Assembly: GCA_018675685.1 (NCBI GenBank)
Contig: JABGXP010000010.1
Span: 1 to 47,426, forward strand
DNA from: a bacterium
GTDB lineage: Bacteria; Patescibacteriota; Minisyncoccia; Moranbacterales; DUUL01
Length of the DNA stretch: 47,426 nt
Reading direction: 5' to 3'
This document shows, piece by piece, positions 35,046 to 43,404 of the stretch. A program made the translations under genes and the position numbers. Position 1 is the stretch's first letter; every line of letters begins with the position of its first letter. The notes under the pieces were generated by a model, which searched no databases, was not told the origin of the DNA, and saw nothing but the letters and a program-made list of their open reading frames with translations.

Positions 35046-35099
35046 ACCAGGGCGACAGCACCCTACAATATATTATTAATGTGGCGTGTCGCCACTGGT
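35046..35099. other. GC-rich 12-bp hairpin with a 29-nt AT-rich loop
   Basis: ACCAGGGCGACA pairs with TGTCGCC(A)CTGGT, with one bulged A. It is unusually GC-rich for this genome. Confidence 0.5.
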
Positions 35100-35197
35100 T
35101 TTCCGGCGAAATTTCTCAAAATCTCCTCGCTCGTTGGGTGTTTTGGGTGTTTTTGTTGAGCAATTTGATTATTATTTTAGAATTCTCGTCGGGAGTT

Positions 35198-35278
35198 ATG
35201 TGTCCTAGCTTTACACATTTATATTTTATTCTTCTACCGTTCCTTGGGTTAATCCCACTTTATTTTTTGTTTTGGTAA
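35198..35278 (+). CDS. speculative 26-codon hydrophobic mini-ORF (MCPSFTHLYFILLPFLGLIPLYFLFW)
   Basis: It is preceded by TTGAGC, 16 nt, TAGAAT (35156-35183) and by GGGAG only 2 nt from the ATG. An 11-bp hairpin plus T-run follows at 35340-35371. Confidence 0.2.
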   Translation: MCPSFTHLYFILLPFLGLIPLYFLFW

Positions 35279-35390
35279 GTACTGTTTTTATTTTTGTTTT
35301 TTGTTAGTGCCTAAGCACTAGGAAGAGAAGTCGCTAGGTGATATGATAAATTTTTTATCATATCTCTTTTTACTTCTTTATATTAGGTCA

Positions 35391-35443
35391 GCAGAAGAGT
35401 TCCAATCGTGAATAGGGGGAAAGCACGATTGGAACACTTCTGC
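35391..35443. other. 20-position hairpin (19 bp + one A-A mismatch) with a 13-nt G-rich loop
   Basis: GCAGAAGAGTTCCAATCGTG aatagggggaaag CACGATTGGAACACTTCTGC. There is no adjacent U-run on either strand. Confidence 0.6.
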
Positions 35444-35645
35444 CGAAAGTACGGTATAGAAATTTTTTAATGAACTTTTTGTAATGCGTATGTATTTCTC
35501 ACTTACAAAGCTATTATAGCATTTTGTAATCGTTTGGTCAATCATAAGCCCTGTTTAAGCTTAAACAAAGAAGAAAACGACGATTTTAAAGAGTAATGGA
35601 TAAAAATTTGCCTTTAAGTGTTTTCCACAGTTTTTCCACAGTGTC

Positions 35646-37277
35646 TTAGTAAAGTGCTTTTATTAAGGAGTCTGTGGAGGCCTTTGATGTTGTGAAGAAA
35701 ATATAGGATTTATTCTTATATTCAAGTAAGCCCCATTCGAGCGATTTTGTTAAATCTCCAGATTCGAAGTTAAAATATCGCACAGCGTGGACGAGGTTCT
35801 CCCTTCCAACAATAGCAGCTTCGTTGAAGATAATTTTTTCGTTTACTAAGGTCACGTCTTCAAAGAGCATCAAACTTTGCAATGTTCCTGGGAAAATTGT
35901 TTCGATTTCAATCAACCTTTCGATTACAGCACTAGGGTCACTACCTTCTTTCAATTCAAGCATCAAAGAAAGTTTATTGACAGTTTCATCGGAAATTACT
36001 TCTTTTACTTCTTCTGCTGCTATTTCCCCCTCCGCTACTTTTGTCTCTTCCTTCAACACTTCCTCTGTTGAGAGTGCAGGGGATATAACTGCCTCTCTCG
36101 CCTTAGCATTCGTAGGTTCTTGAGTAATAAAAATTATCACAGGGTCAGCTAGAAAACCATTAAGACTTGAATCCTCTGAGTTAAAAACTTTCAAAACCTC
36201 AATCCCAGCTATATATTCAGTTTCGTTCTGTAACGGTCTAATGAACTGTCCGTCAAGGAATTTATTAGGGTCAGACACTTTTTCTTTTTTCGTAAACTCC
36301 TTTAAATCAGTTAGTAATAATTCTTTGGATGTTTGAAGTATTATTGCTGAATCAGCAAAGTTATCTGTTTTATAAGCTGGTTCTATTGGTTCTGGTTCAA
36401 TGACCATCGGAGTTGTTTTGATAGAAGGCTCCTTCTTTGAATTTCGGTAATAATTATAGCCAATAGCCAATAAGGTCAATACAAAAACTATAACTGCTAG
36501 GATTAACAAGGGCTTGTTAACTCTTTTTTCGACAGCTTTCTTTTTGGTTTTATCAGCTACTGAGACTCCCTTTCTTGGAACACCAAAAGGAGATTTCATA
36601 GTCGGTGTTTTTGTTAGTGAACGAGAGGATTGTTTCGCTGGTAACACAGAGGCTACCTTTTTTTCTTTTTTCCTCAAGGGCTTGAAAAAATCTTTTCCTT
36701 TGCTCTTTTTATTTTTCACTTCCTCTTCGGCCTTGTCCTCAGTTTTCGACTCGTTTTCCTCTTCCAAAGGTTCTTTTGTAAGCGAATCTTCCGGCACAGA
36801 TACTGGCTCCTTTGGAGTTATCTTGGCAGGTTTCTTTTTGCTATTTTTTACAATTTTTTCCATTTTGTCCTCAAGCGTTTCCCCTTCATCTTTTGGACTT
36901 TTAGGTAATTTTTCCTCTAAATCAACCTTCTCTGTGGAAGTTCCTATTTTTACCTCTTCGACCTTCTCGATATCCATTTTATTAAGCTTATCCTCCACGG
37001 CAACAGGTGCTTTAGTGACCACTTCCTCTTTTTTGTTTGGGGTATCTTTTTCTCCCTCCTTTAGGTTTTTTTTAACAGAGACAGAATCTTTTTCTACTTT
37101 TTCTTTCCCAACTAAAAAAGGGCTTTTCTTAATTGATTTTTTGCCCTCTTCTTTCTTCTTAGCGCCAGCTCCTTCTTTCGAGGTGTTTTCTAAGTCCGCA
37201 TTCATTGTTTCTATTGTAATAGGTGAAGATTCTTTTTTGTCATCTTCTGGATCTTTCTTTTTTGTAAACCAAGACAT
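35646..37277 (-). CDS. hypothetical membrane-anchored protein with long Lys/Glu-rich N-terminal region
   Basis: 543 aa. About 250 aa are K/E/V-rich low complexity. TM segment: PLLILAVIVFVLTLLAIGYNYY. A C-terminal domain of about 270 aa follows. Confidence 0.65.
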   Translation of the reverse strand: MSWFTKKKDPEDDKKESSPITIETMNADLENTSKEGAGAKKKEEGKKSIKKSPFLVGKEKVEKDSVSVKKNLKEGEKDTPNKKEEVVTKAPVAVEDKLNKMDIEKVEEVKIGTSTEKVDLEEKLPKSPKDEGETLEDKMEKIVKNSKKKPAKITPKEPVSVPEDSLTKEPLEEENESKTEDKAEEEVKNKKSKGKDFFKPLRKKEKKVASVLPAKQSSRSLTKTPTMKSPFGVPRKGVSVADKTKKKAVEKRVNKPLLILAVIVFVLTLLAIGYNYYRNSKKEPSIKTTPMVIEPEPIEPAYKTDNFADSAIILQTSKELLLTDLKEFTKKEKVSDPNKFLDGQFIRPLQNETEYIAGIEVLKVFNSEDSSLNGFLADPVIIFITQEPTNAKAREAVISPALSTEEVLKEETKVAEGEIAAEEVKEVISDETVNKLSLMLELKEGSDPSAVIERLIEIETIFPGTLQSLMLFEDVTLVNEKIIFNEAAIVGRENLVHAVRYFNFESGDLTKSLEWGLLEYKNKSYIFFTTSKASTDSLIKALY

Positions 37278-37364
37278 AGTGGAAGCTTAATAATTTTTAT
37301 TTGTTTTTTGAAAATAATTTCGTGTTCATTATACCAGAATTTTCCTTCTAAGCAAAATTCAAAA

Positions 37365-37400
37365 ATAAAAACATCCCGTCTATTAGTGGGATGTTTTTAT
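37365..37400. terminator. bidirectional terminator downstream of pnp
   Basis: AAAAACATCCC gtctattagt GGGATGTTTTTATT. Confidence 0.7.
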
Positions 37401-37426
37401 TAAAGGATTCACGTAATCGCCGATAA

Positions 37427-39538
37427 CTAGTCTTTCTTTGAAGGGTCTGGTTTCATTGTTAGATTCAATCTTCCAAGGGAATCGATTTCTAGAACACGAA
37501 CTGAAACCTCTTGTCCTTCTTTGACGATATCTTCAACTTTCTCAACTCGCTGAGTAGAAAGTTGTGAAATATGGACTAAACCTTCTTTGCCAGGTAAAAT
37601 TTCCACAAAAGCACCAAAATCCATAATTTTCATAACTTTTCCTTTGTAAACTTCTCCTGATTTAGGTTCATGAGTTAGGTTTTTAATCCATTCCTGGGCC
37701 TTTTTGCCACCCTCAGCTTCCTCTGCTGTTATAAACACGCTACCATCATCTTCGATATCAATTTGGACACCAGTTGTATCAATGATTTCGTTAATAACCT
37801 TTCCTCCAGGTCCAATTACGGTACGAATTTTATCTGGATCGATTTTCATGATAATAATTCTTGGTGCATATTCTGACATCTCTTCTCTTGGAGCACCAAT
37901 TGTAGTTAGCATGACATCCATGATCTGCATCCTACTTTCATATGCTCTATCTAAGACCTCCTCAACAATCTGAGGAGTAATCCCATCAATCTTTACATCA
38001 AGCTGCATCGCAGTAATCCCGTCCTTTGTACCAGCAACCTTAAAATCCATATCTCCCCAGTGATCCTCAGGGCCTTGAATATCAGAAAGAATTTTATAAT
38101 TATCATTTTCATCAACAACGATTCCCATGGCAATTCCACTAACGGGATTTTTCAAAGGGACCCCAGCATCCATAAGTGCTAATGTTGATCCACAAGTTGA
38201 AGCCATTGAAGAGGATCCGTTAGAGGAAAGAACTTCACTAACTAAAAGCATTGTGTACGGGAAAGAATCTTTACTTGGCAAAACTGGCATAAGAGCTTTC
38301 TCCGCAAGAGCGCCATGTCCAATTTCTCGTCTTCCTGGTCCACGCATTGGGCGAACCTCTCCAACAGAAAAAGGAGGAAAATTGTAATGATGCATGTAAC
38401 GTCTTTTTTCATCAACCTCCATAGTGTCAATAATTTGTTCATCTCCAGGAGATCCAAGAGTAGCAACTGTGAGTGCTTGTGTTTCACCACGATCAAAGAG
38501 TCCACTCCCATGAGTTCTGGGCAACACCTTCACTTTTGCTGAAATATTTCTAACTTGATCAACCTTTCTTCCATCAGGTCTCTCGCCATCGTTAATAATC
38601 CGATCATGAAGAACTTTATTGAGGAAATTTTCAAAAAGCAAAAGAGCCTCTGCTTTTCTTGCAGGGACTTCTTCTTTGGAGTACTTCTCTTCTAAAAATT
38701 CTTTGAGAGCAGTTTTAATAGTGCCCATTTTCTCATCCCTTGTTCCTCTGTCTTGAGTATAGAAAGCATCTACAAGTCCTTGCTCCTCAAAGAAAGAGTT
38801 AATTTCAATCGCAAATTCTTTTGATGGAGTTGTTAGTTCAACTTTTGTTTTTTCTTTCCCAATTTCGTCAATAATTTTTTGTTGGAATTTACAAATTTCA
38901 TTTACTTGCTCGAATCCAAGAGAGATTGCCTTGTGCATATCAGGATTGGACATTTCATTTGCACCAGCCTCAATCATATTGATTTTCCCATCTGTTCCAG
39001 CAACGAGTACGTCAGCTGCATATTCTTCTAAAGTGTTATTCGCAGGATTCAGAGTAAACTCCCCATCTTTTTGTCCAATTCGTACAGCTCCTACTGGTCC
39101 TCTCCAAGGAATGTCAGATGTCCCTATCGCCAATGAAGCTGCCATTACCGCAACAAGCGCAGGATCAGTTTCCTTGTCAATGGAAAGTACAGTTGTGACT
39201 ACTTGAATTTCATTTCGCATTCGTTCATCGAAGAGAGGTCTAATTGTACGATCAATTACTCGACCACTCAAAACCGCTTTATCAGAAGGTCGTCCTTCTC
39301 GTTTAATAAAGCGAGAACCTTTGATTTTACCAGCAGCATAAAAACGTTCTTCATAATCTACAAAAAGAGGAAACCAGTCCATCCCTTCTCTACGATCCTT
39401 GCTCATTGTTGCAGTTGCAAGAATGACAGTGTCACCAAACTGAAGCCTAACTGAACCATTTGCCTGTCCAGCTAAAACCCCAAATTCCGCTGAAAGTGTT
39501 TTTTCTCCCACTTCCATGGAAAAAGTTTTTTGTTCCAT
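37427..39538 (-). CDS. pnp: polyribonucleotide nucleotidyltransferase (PNPase)
   Basis: I chose the ATG at 39538 ([11 protein letters not shown]). It has two RNase PH domains, a KH domain ([11 protein letters not shown]) and an S1 domain ([20 protein letters not shown]). Confidence 0.95.
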   Translation of the reverse strand: MEQKTFSMEVGEKTLSAEFGVLAGQANGSVRLQFGDTVILATATMSKDRREGMDWFPLFVDYEERFYAAGKIKGSRFIKREGRPSDKAVLSGRVIDRTIRPLFDERMRNEIQVVTTVLSIDKETDPALVAVMAASLAIGTSDIPWRGPVGAVRIGQKDGEFTLNPANNTLEEYAADVLVAGTDGKINMIEAGANEMSNPDMHKAISLGFEQVNEICKFQQKIIDEIGKEKTKVELTTPSKEFAIEINSFFEEQGLVDAFYTQDRGTRDEKMGTIKTALKEFLEEKYSKEEVPARKAEALLLFENFLNKVLHDRIINDGERPDGRKVDQVRNISAKVKVLPRTHGSGLFDRGETQALTVATLGSPGDEQIIDTMEVDEKRRYMHHYNFPPFSVGEVRPMRGPGRREIGHGALAEKALMPVLPSKDSFPYTMLLVSEVLSSNGSSSMASTCGSTLALMDAGVPLKNPVSGIAMGIVVDENDNYKILSDIQGPEDHWGDMDFKVAGTKDGITAMQLDVKIDGITPQIVEEVLDRAYESRMQIMDVMLTTIGAPREEMSEYAPRIIIMKIDPDKIRTVIGPGGKVINEIIDTTGVQIDIEDDGSVFITAEEAEGGKKAQEWIKNLTHEPKSGEVYKGKVMKIMDFGAFVEILPGKEGLVHISQLSTQRVEKVEDIVKEGQEVSVRVLEIDSLGRLNLTMKPDPSKKD

Positions 39539-39797
39539 AATGTTTTTTCTATATTCCCCAAAAAAATTGAAAAATAAAGTAAAAATCAAAACGTAAAAGG
39601 GAAAAGGAGTATAATCGTTGACTCGCAACAGAAACTCGCATGATTCCTTTTATCTTCTACTCTTTTGATCTCTACTCTTTACTATTTGAGAAAAATAAGA
39701 AATATAAATTGTTAAAAGGCTCTAAATCCCAATATTTATTTTAGGAGAAACCTATATCCAAGACTATCATTGTGGGCGGAAAAGTCAATTTGCAAGT

Positions 39798-39837
39798 TAA
39801 AAAGGGATTCGCAAAAATTTTACGAATCCCTTTTTTA
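39798..39837. terminator. bidirectional terminator downstream of the 40748-39892 operon
   Basis: AAAAAGGGATTCG caaaaatttta CGAATCCCTTTTTT. Confidence 0.75.
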
Positions 39838-39891
39838 TTCCTCACTTGTTAGTGATGTTAGTGAGATTATTTCACCAACCGCTCTTACGTG

Positions 39892-40431
39892 TTACCGTAT
39901 GAAGTTGCTATATGAATGAGATATCATTCTTTGCTCTCCTTCAACCGTGCAATGAAATTTTGATCGGTTATGAAATAAACAGTTAACAAGGGGCATATTT
40001 TTTAGATCGAGGCCCTTGTTACTGAAATAGTCGGTGATTTTTTTGAGGAGTTCTTCCTCTTCAATTTTTCCGCCAGCTTTCCCGATAAACTTTTTTGCTT
40101 GATAGCGAATTTTTACTACCTGTTCATTGGAAAAGATAGTGTAAGTCAACACATCTCCGTCAAGCATCAATCCGGAATCTTCAAAAATGATACTCACCAA
40201 AAGAAAGGCTTTGTAGACCTTTTCATGGGTTATTTTCTCAATGGTCTCAATAAGCTCGCTAATGGTGAGGATAGGTTTTTTGGGAAGAATGTGATAAAAA
40301 ACCAGTCTTCTAATATAACCATACATACTCTCATCACTTTCTTGATGCGTTTGCAGCGGAAAAATTTCCCTAGTATTACCATTCAACTTTTCTGCTGCTT
40401 CTCCGGCCAGTTTGATGTTATCTGTTTTCAA
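39892..40431 (-). CDS. hypothetical 179-aa protein (TTG start)
   Basis: On the minus strand AAAGGAG is followed by 7 nt and then TTG. It is the second gene of the orphan pair. I recognise no family. Confidence 0.55.
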   Translation of the reverse strand: MKTDNIKLAGEAAEKLNGNTREIFPLQTHQESDESMYGYIRRLVFYHILPKKPILTISELIETIEKITHEKVYKAFLLVSIIFEDSGLMLDGDVLTYTIFSNEQVVKIRYQAKKFIGKAGGKIEEEELLKKITDYFSNKGLDLKNMPLVNCLFHNRSKFHCTVEGEQRMISHSYSNFIR

Positions 40432-40487
40432 GACAAGACTCCTTTTCCTTTTTAGTTGCTGATTTGCTGATTTTTAGATAAATGTAT

Positions 40488-40748
40488 CTAATTACTCACC
40501 TTAGCTGCTTGCGCTCGCCATCCTTTTGTTACTCGATGTACATTGTAGGCAATAACAAGGTCTTTCTCTTTGGGTTTCTTAATGCCTGAAATCTTACTTA
40601 TTGCGCATGTAATGCTGCCAATAATACCAATGTTAAGTTTGATTAAAGGTCTTAAGAGGGCAAAATCTTCTTTAGCGCCAGTTTCAATGCTAGTGATTTC
40701 ACACTTGACCATTTCAATCTTCGGCCTTTTAGACCTTTTCTGTTCCAT
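40488..40748 (-). CDS. hypothetical 86-aa basic protein
   Basis: On the minus strand a near-perfect SD (AAGGAGGTGA) is followed by 5 nt and then ATG. I recognise no family. Confidence 0.6.
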   Translation of the reverse strand: MEQKRSKRPKIEMVKCEITSIETGAKEDFALLRPLIKLNIGIIGSITCAISKISGIKKPKEKDLVIAYNVHRVTKGWRAQAAKVSN

Positions 40749-40841
40749 TTAAATCACCTCCTTGGAGTAGTTTGTGAAAAGTGTTTTATTTCAAAAAACT
40801 TAAAAATTGAGCATAATCTAAAAGAATTAGCACAATAATTT

Positions 40842-40870
40842 AATATATACTGTAATCTCAATTTTGTCAA
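40842..40870 (-). promoter_or_regulatory. sigma70-like promoter (minus strand): TTGACA, 17 nt, TATATT
   Basis: The minus strand reads GCATTGACAAAATTGAGATTACAGTATATATT. -35 is at 40865-40870 and -10 at 40842-40847. Confidence 0.5.
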
Positions 40871-41109
40871 TGCCAGAAGCTTTTATTTTTTGGAAATAAG
40901 TAATTGAGAAAGAGAAAGCGCGACCATTCCAATAAAGTCCCAAAACAAACTAAAACCCCTTTACTTTTTTATTTTTCTATGTTAAATTGTCTTAAGTCAC
41001 TGGGGTTTTCTGGTGATAAATACACATACTCAATCGCTGGCTTACCTGCTCAAATTTTGAGAAAAGCTGGAGTTAAAGTTGGGTAGAGGATAATTTATAA
41101 GGTAAAAAA

Positions 41110-41907
41110 ATGACTGAAGAAGTGAAAGAAGCAAAAAAAGTGGCCCCAAAAGAGGGTGTTGCTTTTGATGTTGCAGAAAATGCAACAGACAAGTATGAGC
41201 TTTCCCTAGAGGGAATGCTGAAAGCAGGTGTTCATTTTGGACACAAAAAATCAAGATGGAACCCAAAAATGGGACAATTCATCTTTGGAGTAAGAAATGG
41301 AATTCATATCATTGATCTTGAAAAATCATTGGTATTGTTTGAGAAGGCACTGGAAAGAATTGGGAGAACTGTTGCAAAAGGAGGAACAGTTATGATTGTT
41401 GGGACTAAAAAACAAAGCAAAGACCTCGTAAAAGCCGTTGCTGACAAATTGGAATATCCATATGTCAATGAAAGATGGCTTGGTGGGACCTTTACAAATT
41501 TTGATATAATTAAAAAGAGAGTTAAATTCTTCACTGATAATACTGACGCTTTGGCCCAGGAAAAATTGAAATCTTTGACAAAGCTTGAGAGACATAAACT
41601 ACAGAAAAGACTGGATAAGATAGAAGAGAAAATGGGGGGACTTGTTCGAATGAATAGATTGCCAGATCTAGTAATTGCCTTAGATGTCAAAAAAGAAGAA
41701 TTAGCAATCAAGGAAGCTCATTTGATGGGAATTCCAGTTGTTGGATTGGTTGATACAAACAGTGACCACACTAGCGTAGAAGCTCCAATTCCAGCTAATG
41801 ACGATGCCTTGTCTTCACTTAAATATATTTTAGGCGTTTTCTTGAAGAAAATGATGGAAGCTAAGAGTGGGATTAAAGAAGCTGAAACAAAGAAACAGCT
41901 GAAATAG
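41110..41907 (+). CDS. rpsB: 30S ribosomal protein S2
   Basis: 265 aa. Motifs: MLKAGVHFGHKKSRWNPKM, YVNERWLGGTFTNF and GIPVVGLVDTN. Confidence 0.95.
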   Translation: MTEEVKEAKKVAPKEGVAFDVAENATDKYELSLEGMLKAGVHFGHKKSRWNPKMGQFIFGVRNGIHIIDLEKSLVLFEKALERIGRTVAKGGTVMIVGTKKQSKDLVKAVADKLEYPYVNERWLGGTFTNFDIIKKRVKFFTDNTDALAQEKLKSLTKLERHKLQKRLDKIEEKMGGLVRMNRLPDLVIALDVKKEELAIKEAHLMGIPVVGLVDTNSDHTSVEAPIPANDDALSSLKYILGVFLKKMMEAKSGIKEAETKKQLK

Positions 41908-41981
41908 TGCGCAACTATTTATTTAAAAACAACCTTCTGAGGTAAAATTGTTAAACATTATTCAAGTTAATCAAAATAGTT

Positions 41982-42560
41982 ATGTTGGAATTAATAAAAA
42001 AAATCAGAAACCAAACTGGAGCTGGAGTTATCGATGTTAAAAAAGCTCTAGACGAAGCGAATGGTGATGAGAAAGAAGCAATCGAACTTTTGCGAAAAAG
42101 AGGCCTGGAGAAGGCTAATAAAAAGGGAGGCAGGGAAGCTTGTGAAGGAATTATTGCTTCTTATGTGCACACAAATAAGAAAGTTGCAGTCATTGTGCAA
42201 CTACTTTGTGAAACAGACTTTGTTGCAATGAACGAAGAATTTCTTGCCCTGGGAGAAGACGTGGCAATGCATATTGCCGCTATGAACCCTAAAAGTGTTT
42301 CTCCAGACCAAGTTCCAGAGGATATCATAGAGGAACATAAAAAAATGTGGGCCGAGGAATTAAAAGAAGAAAAGAAACCCAAAGAAATTATCGAAAAAAT
42401 TATGCTTGGGAAAGAACAAAAATTGAGAGGAGAAAACGCTTTACTCTCGCAAGCTTTTGTAAAAGACCCAGACAGAACTGTTGAGGAAATGATCAAGGAA
42501 AAGGCTGGTAAAATGGGTGAAAACATCAAGGTAGGTGAATTCACAAGAATGGAATTATAA
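41982..42560 (+). CDS. tsf: translation elongation factor Ts (short form)
   Basis: 192 aa. UBA-like N-terminus: IKKIRNQTGAGVIDVKKALDEANGD. ETDFVA motif present. It lies immediately downstream of rpsB. Confidence 0.9.
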   Translation: MLELIKKIRNQTGAGVIDVKKALDEANGDEKEAIELLRKRGLEKANKKGGREACEGIIASYVHTNKKVAVIVQLLCETDFVAMNEEFLALGEDVAMHIAAMNPKSVSPDQVPEDIIEEHKKMWAEELKEEKKPKEIIEKIMLGKEQKLRGENALLSQAFVKDPDRTVEEMIKEKAGKMGENIKVGEFTRMEL

Positions 42561-42602
42561 TTTTGAGATTTGAGAAGAATTTATTAAAAACCCCGCAATA
42601 GT

Positions 42603-43382
42603 ATGATTATTCGATTTTTTGACTGGGACCAACCAAAAAATGTGACCTCCGCTTCAAAGGGATTCCAAAAAGATGACAAGGTTGTTGTTGAACACGAATG
42701 GGGCGCTTTCATTGCAGATGTCTTAATTGTCGACAAAAATGTTGAAGGGGAGGATGTCGCTGGAAAGGTTATCCGAAAAGCAACATCGCAAGACCTAGAG
42801 ATGACATTAAACTATAAGGCTAGGGAGCATGAAATGCTTGTTGAAGCTAAAAAGGAGACAAGATCTTTGGAAATTCCAATGAAAGTTATCGATGTCCGTA
42901 TTAGTCTTGATGGCAGTTGTGCCGTTATTGCTTTTGTTGCAGATGGAAGGGTTGATTTTCGTCAATTAGTAAAAAACCTTTCTTCTCGTTATGGAAAATC
43001 GATTAGATTGCAACAAGTGGGCTCTCGTGATGAAGCTCGTCGTTGCGGTGGTTATGGTATTTGTGGGCGAGAATTATGCTGTAGGAAGATGTCTGGCGGT
43101 TTGTGTAGTATTTCAACTGAAATGGCACGTTGTCAATTCATTTCACACAGAGGATCGGATAGAATATCTGGTTTATGCGGGAGACTGATGTGTTGTCTTT
43201 CGTATGAGGCGAAACAATACCAAGAGATGATGAAAGAGATGCCACAAAGAGGAGATATCGTAAACTTCAGTGGAAAAAAAGGCAAAGTTCTTGAGCAAAT
43301 GACTTTAAGTGAAAAACTGAAAGTTGAACTGGAGGATCGATCAATTGTTTTCGTTAGTATCGAAGAACTAAAAAAGAAATAA
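42603..43382 (+). CDS. PSP1 C-terminal domain protein (RicT/YaaT-like)
   Basis: 259 aa with a Cys-rich tail: GGYGICGRELCCRKM..LCGRLMCCLSYE. Confidence 0.8.
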   Translation: MIIRFFDWDQPKNVTSASKGFQKDDKVVVEHEWGAFIADVLIVDKNVEGEDVAGKVIRKATSQDLEMTLNYKAREHEMLVEAKKETRSLEIPMKVIDVRISLDGSCAVIAFVADGRVDFRQLVKNLSSRYGKSIRLQQVGSRDEARRCGGYGICGRELCCRKMSGGLCSISTEMARCQFISHRGSDRISGLCGRLMCCLSYEAKQYQEMMKEMPQRGDIVNFSGKKGKVLEQMTLSEKLKVELEDRSIVFVSIEELKKK

Positions 43383-43404
43383 TTTTCTATAAGGGTGAAA
43401 AGAA

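Noticed and set aside
35064-35084. dif-like Xer site (ACAATATATTATTAATGT) in the loop of the 35046-35099 hairpin
   Set aside because: It has only loose AT-rich similarity to the dif consensus (..ATAAT-6 nt-TTATGT..). The arm spacing does not fit, and such sequence is expected by chance in AT-rich DNA.
35081-35278. 65-aa ORF with GTG start
   Set aside because: It has no SD, the start lies inside a GC-rich hairpin, and the composition reflects T-rich non-coding DNA. I keep only its last 26 codons, as a low-confidence mini-ORF.
34905-35645. tmRNA, RNase P RNA, SRP RNA or 6S RNA in the long spacer
   Set aside because: I looked on both strands for GGAAAGUCC and ACAGAA..GGCUUA (RNase P). I looked for a GGGG..UUCGA 5' end, a tRNA-like T-arm with CCA end and an Ala-rich tag frame (tmRNA). 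I looked for the GGAA-tetraloop helix 8 motif (SRP). None was present. 6S RNA cannot be excluded by eye.
36514-37290. 258-aa Ser/Phe/Leu-rich ORF on the plus strand
   Set aside because: It is exactly antisense to the Lys/Glu-rich part of the 543-aa gene. AAA/GAA/AAG codons read backwards give TTT/TTC/CTT. It has no SD and no domain-like sequence, so it is a mirror artefact.
39539-39628. 30-codon N-terminal extension of the pnp ORF; the extension of the CAP-domain ORF at 14376-14459 is a similar case
   Set aside because: The extensions are hydrophobic or low-information and are not part of the conserved N termini. Internal ATGs give the canonical PNPase start and a proper signal peptide respectively.
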